A model generated the notes under the pieces. The model made no database searches. It saw only the letters and a program-made list of their open reading frames with translations, and was not told where the DNA came from. A stretch of 54,680 nt of DNA, taken from NCBI GenBank assembly GCA_032718475.1, contig JAUCBJ010006165.1, positions 1 to 54,680 on the forward strand, written 5' to 3'. The DNA is from Nemertoderma westbladi (Eukaryota; Animalia; Xenacoelomorpha). Both the position numbers and the translations under genes were made by a program. This document shows positions 26,401 through 39,806 of this stretch, piece by piece (position 1 is the first letter of the stretch; every line of letters starts with the position of its first letter).

Positions 26401-29400
26401 ATTTAATTGGACCTATCCGCAGTATTTAATTGAACCTACAAGCAGTATTTAATTGGAACTACCAGCAGTATTTAATTGCACCTACCAGCAGTATTTAATT
26501 GCACCTACCAGCAGTATTTAATTGGACCTATCAGCAGTATTTAATTGCACCTACCAGCAGTATTTAATTGGACCTATCAGCAGTATTTAATTGCACCTAC
26601 CAGCAGTATTTAATTGCACCTACCAGCAGTATTTAATTGAACCTACAAGCAGTATTTAATTGGACCTACCAGCAGTATTTAATTGCACCTACCAGCAGTA
26701 TTTAATTGGACCTACCAGCAGTATTTAATTGGACCTACCAGCAGTATTTAATTGCACCTACCAGCAGTATTTATTTGCACCTACCAGCAGTATTTAATTG
26801 CACCTACCAGCAGTATTTAATTGAACCTACAAGCAGTATTTAATTGGACCTACCAGCAGTATTTAATTGGACTCACAAGCAGTATTTAATTGAACCTACA
26901 AGCAGTATTTAATTGGACCCACAAGCAGTATTTAATTGAACCTACAAGCAGTATTTAATTGGACCTACCAGCAGTATTTAATTGGACCTACCAGCAGTAT
27001 TTAATTGGACCTACAAGCAGTATTTAATTGGACCCACAAGCAGTATTTAATTGAACCTACAAGCAGTATTTAATTGGACCTACCAGCAGTATTTAATTGG
27101 ACCTACAAGCAGTATTTAATTGGACCTACCAGCAGTATTTAATTGGACCTACAAGCAGTATTTAATTGCACCTACCAGCAGTATTTAATTGGACCTACAA
27201 GCAGTATTTAATTGCACCTACCAGCAGTATTTAATTGGACCTACAAGCAGTATTTAATTGGACCCACAAGCAGTATTTAATTGAACCTACAAGCAGTATT
27301 TAATTGGACCTACCAGCAGTATTTAATTGGACCTACAAGCAGTATTTAATTGGACCTACCAGCAGTATTTAATTGGACCTACAAGCAGTATTTAATTGCA
27401 CCTACCAGCAGTATTTAATTGGACCTACAAGCAGTATTTAATTGCACCTACCAGCAGTATTTAATTGGACCTACAAGCAGTATTTAATTGGACCCACAAG
27501 CAGTATTTAATTGAACCTACAAGCAGTATTTAATTGGACCTACCAGCAGTATTTAATTGGACCTACAAGCAGTATTTAATTGGACCTACCAGCAGTATTT
27601 AATTGGACCTACAAGCAGTATTTAATTGCACCTACCAGCAGTATTTAATTGGACCTACAAGCAGTATTTAATTGGACCCACAAGCAGTATTTAATTGAAC
27701 CTACAAGCAGTATTTAATTGGACCCACAAGCAGTATTTAATTGAACCTACAAGCAGTATTTAATTGGACCTACCAGCAGTATTTAATTGGACCTACCAGC
27801 AGTATTTAATTGGACCTACAAGCAGTATTTAATTGCACCTACCAGCAGTATTTAATTGGACCTATCAGCAGTATTTAATTGCACCTACCAGCAGTATTTA
27901 ATTGGACCTACCAGCAGTATTTAATTGAACCTACAAGCAGTATTTAATTGGACCTACCAGCAGTATTTAATTGGACCTACAAGCAGTATTTAATTGCACC
28001 TACCAGAAGTATTTAATTGGACCTATCAGCAGTATTTAATTGCACCTACCAGCAGTATTTAATTGGACCTACCAGCAGTATTTAATTGAACCTACAAGCA
28101 GTATTTAATTGGACCTACCAGCAGTATTTAATTGAACCTACAAGCAGTATTTAATTGGACCTACCAGCAGTATTTAATTGGACCCACAAGCAGTATTTAA
28201 TTGGACCTACCAGCAGTATTTAATTGGACCTACAAGCAGTATTTAATTGCACCTACCAGCAGTATTTAATTGGACCTACAAGCAGTATTTAATTGCACCT
28301 ACCAGCAGTATTTAAATGAACCTACAAGCAGTATTTAATTGGACCTACAAGCAGTATTTAATTGCACCTACCAGCAGTATTTAATTGGACCTATCAGCAG
28401 TATTTAATTGGACCTATCAGCAGTATTTAATTGGACCTACCAGCAGTATTTAATTGCACCTACCAGCAGTATTTAATTGGACCTATCAGCAGTATTTAAT
28501 TGCACCTACCAGCAGTATTTAATTGGACCTATCAGCAGTATTTAATTGCACCTACCAGCAGTATTTAATTGGACCTACAAGCAGTATTTAATTGGACCTA
28601 CCAGCAGTATTTAATTGCACCTACCAGCAGTATTTAATTGAACCTACAAGCAGTATTTAATTGGACCTACAAGCAGTATTTAATTGCACCTACCAGCAGT
28701 ATTTAATTGGACCTATCAGCAGTATTTAATTGGACCTATCAGCAGTATTTAATTGCACCTACCAGCAGTATTTAATTGGACCTATCAGCAGTATTTAATT
28801 GCACCTACCAGCAGTATTTAATTGGACCCACAAGCAGTATTTAATTGAACCTACAAGCAGTATTTAATTGGACCTACCAGCAGTATTTAATTGGACCTAC
28901 CAGCAGTATTTAATTGCACCTACCAGCAGTATTTAATTGGACCTACAAGCAGTATTTAATTGAACCTACAAGCAGTATTTAATTGGACCTACAAGCAGTA
29001 TTTAATTGCACCTACCAGCAGTATTTAATTGAACCTACAAGCAGTATTTAATTGGACCTACAAGCAGTATTTAATTGCACCTACCAGCAGTATTTAATTG
29101 GACCTATCAGCAGTATTTAATTGCACCTACCAGCAGTATTTAATTGGACCTACCAGCAGTATTTAATTGGACCTACAAGCAGTATTTAATTGCACCTACC
29201 AGCAGTATTTAATTGGACCTATCAGCAGTATTTAATTGCACCTACCAGCAGTATTTAAATGGACCTACCAGCAGTATTTAATTGAACCTACAAGCAGTAT
29301 TTAATTGGACCTACCAGCAGTATTTAATTGCACCTACCAGCAGTATTTAATTGGACCTACCAGCAGTATTTAATTGGACTTATCAGCAGTATTTAATTGC

Positions 29401-32400
29401 ACCTACCAGCAGTATTTAATTGCACCTACCAGCAGTATTTAATTGCACCTACCAGCAGTATTTAATTGAACCTACAAGCAGTATTTAATTGGACCTACCA
29501 GCAGTATTTAATTGGACCCACAAGCAGTATTTAATTGGACCTACCAGCAGTATTTAATTGGACCTACAAGCAGTATTTAATTGCACCTACCAGCAGTATT
29601 TAATTGGACCTATCAGCAGTATTTAATTGCACCTACCAGCAGTATTTAATTGGACCCACAAGCAGTATTTAATTGGACCTACCAGTAGTATTTAATTGGA
29701 CCTACAAGCAGTATTTAATTGGACCCACCAGCAGTATTTAATTGGACCCACCAGCAGTATTTAATTGGACCTACCAGCAGTATTTAATTGGACCTACCAG
29801 CAGTATTTAATTGGACCTACCAGCAGTATTTAATTGGACCTACCAGCAGTATTTAATTGGACCTACCAGCAGTATTTAATTGGACCTACCAGCAGTATTT
29901 AATTGAACCTACAAGCAGTATTTAATTGGACCTACCAGCAGTATTTAATTGGACCCACAAGCAGTATTTAATTGGACCTACCAGCAGTATTTAATTGGAC
30001 CTACAAGCAGTATTTAATTGCACCTACCAGCAGTATTTAATTGGACCTATCAGCAGTATTTAATTGCACCTACCAGCAGTATTTAATTGGACCTACCAGC
30101 AGTATTTAATTGAACCTACAAGCAGTATTTAATTGGACCTACCAGCAGTATTTAATTGGACCTACAAGCAGTATTTAATTGCACCTACCAGCAGTATTTA
30201 ATTGGACCTATCAGCAGTATTTAATTGCACCTACCAGCAGTATTTAATTGGACCTACCAGCAGTATTTAATTGGACCTACCAGCAGTATTTAATTGGACC
30301 TACCAGCAGTATTTAATTGGACCTATCAGCAGTATTTAATTGCACCTACCAGCAGTATTTAATTGGACCTATCAGCAGTATTTAATTGCACCTACCAGCA
30401 GTATTTAATTGGACCTACCAGCAGTATTTAATTGAACCTACAAGCAGTATTTAATTGGACCTACCAGCAGTATTTAATTGCACCTACCAGCAGTATTTAA
30501 TTGGACCTACCAGCAGTATTTAATTGGACCCACCAGCAGTATTTAATTGAACCTACAAGCAGTATTTAATTGGACCTACCAGCAGTATTTAATTGCACCT
30601 ACCAGCAGTATTTAATTGGACCTACCAGCAGTATTTAATTGGACTTACCAGCAGTATTTAATTGCACCTACCAGCAGTATTTAATTGGACCTACCAGCAG
30701 TATTTAATTGGACCTATCAGCAGTATTTAATTGCACCTACCAGCAGTATTTAATTGCACCTACCAGCAGTATTTAATTGGACCTACCAGCAGTATTTAAT
30801 TGGACCTACCAGCAGTATTTAATTGGACCTACCAGCAGTATTTAATTGGACCCACAAGCAGTATTTAATTGGACCTACCAGTAGTATTTAATTGGACCTA
30901 CAAGCAGTATTTAATTGGACCCACCAGCAGTATTTAATTGGACCCACCAGCAGTATTTAATTGGACCTACCAGCAGTATTTAATTGGACCTACCAGCAGT
31001 ATTTAATTGGACCTACCAGCAGTATTTAATTGGACCTACCAGCAGTATTTAATTGCACCTACCAGCAGTATTTAATTGGACCCACAAGCAGTATTTAATT
31101 GGACCTACCAGTAGTATTTAATTGGACCTACAAGCAGTATTTAATTGGACCCACCAGCAGTATTTAATTGGACCCACCAGCAGTATTTAATTGGACCTAC
31201 CAGCAGTATTTAATTGGACCTACCAGCAGTATTTAATTGGACCTACCAGCAGTATTTAATTGGACCTACCAGCAGTATTTAATTGGACCTACCAGCAGTA
31301 TTTAATTGGACCTACCAGCAGTATTTAATTGAACCTACAAGCAGTATTTAATTGGACCTACCAGCAGTATTTAATTGGACCCACAAGCAGTATTTAATTG
31401 GACCTACCAGCAGTATTTAATTGGACCTACAAGCAGTATTTAATTGCACCTACCAGCAGTATTTAATTGGACCTATCAGCAGTATTTAATTGCACCTACC
31501 AGCAGTATTTAATTGGACCTACCAGCAGTATTTAATTGAACCTACAAGCAGTATTTAATTGGACCTACCAGCAGTATTTAATTGGACCTACAAGCAGTAT
31601 TTAATTGCACCTACCAGCAGTATTTAATTGGACCTATCAGCAGTATTTAATTGCACCTACCAGCAGTATTTAATTGGACCTACCAGCAGTATTTAATTGG
31701 ACCTACCAGCAGTATTTAATTGCACCTACCAGCAGTATTTAATTGGACCTACAAGCAGTATTTAATTGAACCTACAAGCAGTATTTAATTGGACCTACAA
31801 GCAGTATTTAATTGCACCTACCAGCAGTATTTAATTGAACCTACAAGCAGTATTTAATTGGACCTACCAGCAGTATTTAATTGGACCTACCAGCAGTATT
31901 TAATTGGACCTACAAGCAGTATTTAATTGCACCTACCAGCAGTATTTAATTGGACCTATCAGCAGTATTTAATTGGACCTATCAGCAGTATTTAATTGCA
32001 CCTACCAGCAGTATTTAATTGGACCTACCAGCAGTATTTAATTGGACCTACAAGCAGTATTTAATTGCACCTACCAGCAGTATTTAATTGAACCTACAAG
32101 CAGTATTTAATTGGACCTACAAGCAGTATTTAATTGCACCTACCAGCAGTATTTAATTGGACCTATCAGCAGTATTTAATTGGACCTATCAGCAGTATTT
32201 AATTGCACCTACCAGCAGTATTTAATTGGACCTATCAGCAGTATTTAATTGCACCTACCAGCAGTATTTAATTGGACCTACAAGCAGTATTTAATTGGAC
32301 CTACCAGCAGTATTTAATTGGACCTACCAGCAGTATTTAATTGAACCTACAAGCAGTATTTAATTGCACCTACAAGCAGTATTTAATTGCACCTACAAGC

Positions 32401-35400
32401 AGTATTTAATTGGACTTACCAGCAGTATTTAATTGGACCTACCAGCAGTATTTAATTGGACCTACCAGCAGTATTTAATTGCACCTACCAGCAGTATTTA
32501 ATTGGACCTACAAGCAGTATTTAATTGAACCTACAAGCAGTATTTAATTGGACCTACAAGCAGTATTTAATTGCACCTACCAGCAGTATTTAATTGAACC
32601 TACAAGCAGTATTTAATTGGACCTACAAGCAGTATTTAATTGCACCTACCAGCAGTATTTAATTGGACCTATCAGCAGTATTTAATTGCACCTACCAGCA
32701 GTATTTAATTGGACCTACCAGCAGTATTTAATTGGACCTACAAGCAGTATTTAATTGCACCTACCAGCAGTATTTAATTGGACCTATCAGCAGTATTTAA
32801 TTGCACCTACCAGCAGTATTTAATTGGACCTACCAGCAGTATTTAATTGAACCTACAAGCAGTATTTAATTGGACCTACCAGCAGTATTTAATTGCACCT
32901 ACCAGCAGTATTTAATTGGACCTACCAGCAGTATTTAATTGGACTTACCAGCAGTATTTAATTGCACCTACCAGCAGTATTTAATTGCACCTACCAGCAG
33001 TATTTAATTGCACCTACCAGCAGTATTTAATTGAACCTACAAGCAGTATTTAATTGGACCTACCAGCAGTATTTAATTGGACCCACAAGCAGTATTTAAT
33101 TGGACCTACCAGCAGTATTTAATTGGACCTACAAGCAGTATTTAATTGCACCTACCAGCAGTATTTAATTGGACCTATCAGCAGTATTTAATTGCACCTA
33201 CCAGCAGTATTTAATTGGACCCACAAGCAGTATTTAATTGGACCTACCAGTAGTATTTAATTGGACCTACAAGCAGTATTTAATTGCACCTACCAGCAGT
33301 ATTTAATTGGACCTATCAGCAGTATTTAATTGCACCTACCAGCAGTATTTAATTGAACCTACAAGCAGTATTTAATTGAACCTACAAGCAGTATTTAATT
33401 GGACCTACCAGCAGTATTTAATTGGACCTACAAGCAGTATTTAATTGCACCTACCAGCAGTATTTAATTGGACCTATCAGCAGTATTTAATTGCACCTAC
33501 CAGCAGTATTTAATTGGACCTACCAGCAGTATTTAATTGGACCTATCAGCAGTATTTAATTGCACCTACCAGCAGTATTTAATTGGACCTATCAGCAGTA
33601 TTTAATTGCACCTACCAGCAGTATTTAATTGGACCTACCAGCAGTATTTAATTGAACCTACAAGCAGTATTTAATTGGACCTACCAGCAGTATTTAATTG
33701 CACCTACCAGCAGTATTTAATTGGACCTACCAGCAGTATTTAATTGGACCTACCAGCAGTATTTAATTGGACCCACCAGCAGTATTTAATTGAACCTACA
33801 AGCAGTATTTAATTGGACCTACCAGCAGTATTTAATTGCACCTACCAGCAGTATTTAATTGGACCTACCAGCAGTATTTAATTGGACTTACCAGCAGTAT
33901 TTAATTGCACCTACCAGCAGTATTTAATTGGACCTACCAGCAGTATTTAATTGGACCTATCAGCAGTATTTAATTGCACCTACCAGCAGTATTTAATTGG
34001 ACCTATCCGCAGTATTTAATTGAACCTACAAGCAGTATTTAATTGGAACTACCAGCAGTATTTAATTGCACCTACCAGCAGTATTTAATTGCACCTACCA
34101 GCAGTATTTAATTGGACCTATCAGCAGTATTTAATTGCACCTACCAGCAGTATTTAATTGGACCTATCAGCAGTATTTAATTGCACCTACCAGCAGTATT
34201 TAATTGCACCTACCAGCAGTATTTAATTGAACCTACAAGCAGTATTTAATTGGACCTACCAGCAGTATTTAATTGCACCTACCAGCAGTATTTAATTGGA
34301 CCTACCAGCAGTATTTAATTGGACTTACCAGCAGTATTTAATTGCACCTACCAGCAGTATTTATTTGCACCTACCAGCAGTATTTAATTGCACCTACCAG
34401 CAGTATTTAATTGAACCTACAAGCAGTATTTAATTGGACCTACCAGCAGTATTTAATTGGACTCACAAGCAGTATTTAATTGAACCTACAAGCAGTATTT
34501 AATTGGACCCACAAGCAGTATTTAATTGAACCTACAAGCAGTATTTAATTGGACCTACCAGCAGTATTTAATTGGACCTACCAGCAGTATTTAATTGGAC
34601 CTACAAGCAGTATTTAATTGCACCTACCAGCAGTATTTAATTGGACCTACAAGCAGTATTTAATTGGACCCACAAGCAGTATTTAATTGAACCTACAAGC
34701 AGTATTTAATTGGACCTACCAGCAGTATTTAATTGGACCTACAAGCAGTATTTAATTGGACCTACCAGCAGTATTTAATTGGACCTACAAGCAGTATTTA
34801 ATTGCACCTACCAGCAGTATTTAATTGGACCTACAAGCAGTATTTAATTGCACCTACCAGCAGTATTTAATTGGACCTACAAGCAGTATTTAATTGGACC
34901 CACAAGCAGTATTTAATTGAACCTACAAGCAGTATTTAATTGGACCTACCAGCAGTATTTAATTGGACCTACAAGCAGTATTTAATTGGACCTACCAGCA
35001 GTATTTAATTGGACCTACAAGCAGTATTTAATTGCACCTACCAGCAGTATTTAATTGGACCTACAAGCAGTATTTAATTGCACCTACCAGCAGTATTTAA
35101 TTGGACCTACAAGCAGTATTTAATTGGACCCACAAGCAGTATTTAATTGAACCTACAAGCAGTATTTAATTGGACCTACCAGCAGTATTTAATTGGACCT
35201 ACAAGCAGTATTTAATTGGACCTACCAGCAGTATTTAATTGGACCTACAAGCAGTATTTAATTGCACCTACCAGCAGTATTTAATTGGACCTACAAGCAG
35301 TATTTAATTGGACCCACAAGCAGTATTTAATTGAACCTACAAGCAGTATTTAATTGGACCCACAAGCAGTATTTAATTGAACCTACAAGCAGTATTTAAT

Positions 35401-36475
35401 TGGACCTACCAGCAGTATTTAATTGGACCTACCAGCAGTATTTAATTGGACCTACAAGCAGTATTTAATTGCACCTACCAGCAGTATTTAATTGGACCTA
35501 TCAGCAGTATTTAATTGCACCTACCAGCAGTATTTAATTGGACCTACCAGCAGTATTTAATTGAACCTACAAGCAGTATTTAATTGGACCTACCAGCAGT
35601 ATTTAATTGGACCTACAAGCAGTATTTAATTGCACCTACCAGCAGTATTTAATTGGACCTATCAGCAGTATTTAATTGCACCTACCAGCAGTATTTAATT
35701 GGACCTACCAGCAGTATTTAATTGAACCTACAAGCAGTATTTAATTGGACCTACCAGCAGTATTTAATTGAACCTACAAGCAGTATTTAATTGGACCTAC
35801 CAGCAGTATTTAATTGGACCCACAAGCAGTATTTAATTGGACCTACCAGCAGTATTTAATTGGACCTACAAGCAGTATTTAATTGCACCTACCAGCAGTA
35901 TTTAATTGGACCTACAAGCAGTATTTAATTGCACCTACCAGCAGTATTTAATTGCACCTACCAGCAGTATTTAATTGCACCTACCCGCAGTATTTAATTG
36001 GACCTATCAGCAGTATTTAATTGCACCTACCAGCAGTATTTAATTGGACCTACCAGCAGTATTTAATTGGACCTACAAGCAGTATTTAATTGGACCTACC
36101 AGCAGTATTTAATTGCACCTACCAGCAGTATTTAATTGGACCTACCAGCAGTATTTAATTGGACCTACCAGCAGTATTTAATTGCACCTACCAGCAGTAT
36201 TTAATTGGACCTACCAGCAGTATTTAATTGCACCTACCAGCAGTATTTAATTGGACCTACCAGCAGTATTTAATTGCACCTACCAGCAGTATTTAATTGG
36301 ACCTACCAGCAGTATTTAATTGGACCTACCAGCAGTATTTAATTGGACCTACCAGCAGTATTTAATTGGACCTACCAGCAGTATTTAATTGGACCTACCA
36401 GCAGTATTTAATTGGACCTACCAGCAGTATTTAATTGGACCTACCAGCAGTATTTAATTGGACCTACCAGCAGTA
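17425..36475 (-). repeat. ~19 kb intronic 23-bp satellite (~830 copies) derived from a NEK10 5' splice site
   Basis: Plus-strand unit gtatttaattggacctaccagca. On the minus strand the unit is TACTGCTG|GTAGGTCCAATTAAA, and the first copy is the authentic junction of exon 36468-36646. Confidence 0.98.
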
Positions 36476-36646
36476 CAGCAGTGTGCCCACCATACTTCTC
36501 ATCAAAGAATTGTGGTGTTTTGTTCTTGCCAAACCGAAGTCCGTAATGGTAACTCTATCGGATTCCCCCAGGAGAATGTTACCCGGAGAAAGATCACGAT
36601 GAACTATGTGTTTTTCCTTATGTAGATAACGAATGGCTAACACAAT
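36468..36646 (-). CDS. NEK10: NEK10 exon (catalytic loop and activation segment)
   Basis: tttttcattttgtaacag|[46 protein letters not shown]...MVGTLLYC; 179 nt. TG+T joins to the next exon as YCCPE. Confidence 0.95.
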
Positions 36647-36814
36647 CTGTTACAAAATGAAAAACAGTAAAATTAATGGCTGGCACCACATTAACAACTA
36701 CATGGTGTTACAGCTCCTATAATGGAGGAGCCACTGACAGCTAAGTACTTTTCAATCTCTCATCAATCAGATATTCTGAGGACGTTCGGATTGCAAGATT
36801 TAATATAGTGATGT

Positions 36815-37035
36815 TAAGCGAGTAGCGCCCACCCCTACCCTCTCGGGTAGCAGCTATCGAAAGAGGAGCCTTCGGGTCGCCTTCGGCTTCAGCCGACTGT
36901 TTGCTTTGTTTTGTAAGCGAAAAATAACAATCGACCCTAACAGGATCAATCAGGGCTCGAACCCGGTAACTAGATTTCAAATTCCGCTTCTTCAGCAGGG
37001 TGTGTTGTGTCTAAAACCACTGAGCTACAGGGACA
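36815..37035. mobile_element. SINE fragments (tRNA-like head on minus strand; probable SINE 3' tail on plus strand)
   Basis: The minus strand has A box tagctcagtgg and B box ggttcgagcc. Plus strand 36818-36910 is a GC-rich structured segment ending in a T-rich tail. Confidence 0.5.
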
Positions 37036-38371
37036 GATGAAGAATTTATTCCTTAAAGAAATAATTAATTAATGGACTAAATTACAAGAATCTACATTCT
37101 GATGGTTGATAGTATTTTTCTGGCACACTAGATAATTGCGTTATGAATAATTAAGCGGGATTCACACTGCCCATGGATGAAGCAAGAATTTCAGTAAAGT
37201 ATATTAGCAAACAATTCGATGAAATTGTAGGCCTATTAATTACTGTAATTAGCAAGTCGTTAGACTTGAGATTACTGTAAGAAAATTGAATCAGAAAAAA
37301 CTAATTGCTGACTACTGGCTACTGACTACTGACATAGAGCAATAACGACTGTAACGATTTTGATGAAATTTAGCATGAACCATGAAAATAGATTTCTATG
37401 CGTACTTGTGAAATTGGGGTTTAAATTGAAACATTTATTTCGAAAAATAGCTCCAAAACACGAAAATTGCCATAGGCGCAATGATAAAAACACCAACTGG
37501 CACTCATGTAAAATGTATAGAGATGGCCTGGTAATGCATTCAATAGGAAGGCCAACTAACAAAGAAGTACTTTCTGTGCCAAGTATTATCACTCTACTCT
37601 ACAAACCAGACAGTAAGCAAACATTAACTGGTTTAGCAGTTAATTAGTTTAGCACAGTCTCAGCTGAATAACTCTTCCCAATGCATCCTATGGGAAAATC
37701 TACAAGGTTACTCACTCTACTATGTTAATTGGCGTGCAAGCTAAATGACTGTTAGTTACACAGTGTGTCGGCTACTATTGATTGCACTGTGCTCTCATCT
37801 AATAATAATTGTTTTATTTTGAAATCTTTGTGCCAACATTAATACTGTGGAGGCTCTATGATTATAAGGCTGGATATTTACTCAGCCTCATAATGATTCT
37901 CCATAAGGCTAACATTATAGTTTGAAATATAAAAATCTGTTATAATAATAATATAATTGTTGTATTTAATTAATATCGTGGTTTACATTGAACACTGTAA
38001 ATTGTTAATCGCGGTTCACATTGAAACAACACAACTTGTTTTATTTATTACAAAACTAAGAACGAATTTGTCTTATCACTTCTTGTGCGCGATTGTATTG
38101 AATTCATGACAACTGCTGTTATAATTATTAATCAATTGACACCTCGACTCCTCTCTGAGACTCTGACTACTCTATCCGATAGAACAAAATAATCATTGCT
38201 TTTCGCTTTCTCGTACACCAAAGGGACTACTCTCACACTAATTTATTTTTTACTGGACTTGACTTGACTCGTACTGTCTCCAACGACTTGCTTCATGGGC
38301 CGCTAGGCCCTTCTCTAGTTAAAGGTTGCACGCGACATACTATTAATTTTGCCATTATTTGCGCGTATTAA

Positions 38372-39370
38372 GGGGGGGAGGGGGGGGGGGGGGGGTATAC
38401 CCCCCCATGAACCTTTTTTTTAAATGGCTGTCAATTAGTGTTAAATGATAATATTGCTATTTTGTCATGGTCAACCACTGTATGGAAGGCCAAATAGCCT
38501 TTATAATACAATTTGTAGCCTCCCTCTAGCGGCTGGCGGCGGAATTAAAGATTTCACTAAAATTGCTACTTTTGGTCCAAATTTCTTGAAACCAACGTTT
38601 TTGGACTCAGCGTGATCGACTCTACAAAAGTTATCTTATAGAATTTTTAATTAGCCAATTTTATTTTAATTAATTACTTTAATTAATTAATTATCATATT
38701 TTTAATTAAAAATGGCTAATTAGAAAAAATGGTAATATTTATCAAAATTCAATAAGATAACTTTTAAAGAGCTTCCAAAGCTCGTTCGAATGAGCCATAA
38801 ACGAAGAAAATTGGTTGAAAAATGACGGAGGAGTAGTAATTTGAAAATGAAAAATGTCATTCCGAGAAAATATAATTAACCGCTGGGGACTCCCCTGAAT
38901 ACTAAACAAGTTAGAGATTTCTTATGATGAACAAACAACCCCTAAAGTCGGCCTGCCGTACCATCTCAACGTTTATTCCGAGAAAATGCCCTTCAAAGTT
39001 TAAACCGTCCCGCCAAAATTGGCTGTCTGTGTTCTGGTTGGTTAATTATTTCTGGCACAAATGATGCACACCAACGAGCTAAAATGTTCATTACTGGGGT
39101 TTTCGGGGTCGCTGATTTCATTTCCGATGTCAGTTTTCAATTTTAGTGGAATCTAGCCAATCTGTCTGTCTGTCGGTCTTCTGTCTTTCTTACAATTTGA
39201 CGGACAGACCGTCATACGGAAAAACAGTGATAATTCGAGAACTGAAAGAGGTCTCACTAAGCGGTTTTCAGATTTGTAATCCTCATTAAATTCTGCTCTA
39301 GGTGAGATAAAGAAAATTTGAAAATTCTACCTGAAGGGGGGGTATACCCCCCCCCCCCCCCCCCCCCCCC
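38372..39370. mobile_element. Kolobok-like non-autonomous DNA transposon with TTAA target duplication
   Basis: ttaa|G-run-tatacccccc ... ggggggtata-C-run|ttaa: inverted termini, TTAA on both sides, purine 5' terminus. Confidence 0.75.
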
Positions 39371-39806
39371 TTAAGTACTAACAATTTAACAGATAACAAG
39401 TACAGTAGAACCGAGATATTTATCTTACATGCTATTAACGACATTAACCGAATATAATTATTATGATATCCTTTTATTTCAACATGTATTGCATCTCCCA
39501 AACAACCCAATCACCATCATTCAATAACAATACTGAATTATTAGATTAAACGGAGGTATAGTAAGTAAGTATTTGATGCCCAATATCATAAAAGTAATGA
39601 AAATATTTCATAACTATTTACTGAAACTCTTATAATCTAGCACTTCATAAGATTACAGTGTGTCGTATTATAATCCGAGCGAGAGCGAAGCGAGGATTGC
39701 TAATGAGACGAGAACTGTATCTTACCAGGCTCTGGATTATGGGTGCTGGTGGTGGGTTGGAGGTGTATTGTGTTTCTATTGTATGTACTAGTTTAATACC
39801 GGTATG

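Noticed and set aside
17425-36475. CRISPR array, or recursive-splicing AG|GT sites in each unit
   Set aside because: There are no unique spacers and the context is eukaryotic. TAG|GT occurs in each unit but lacks an upstream polypyrimidine tract, so recursive splicing is unsupported without RNA data.
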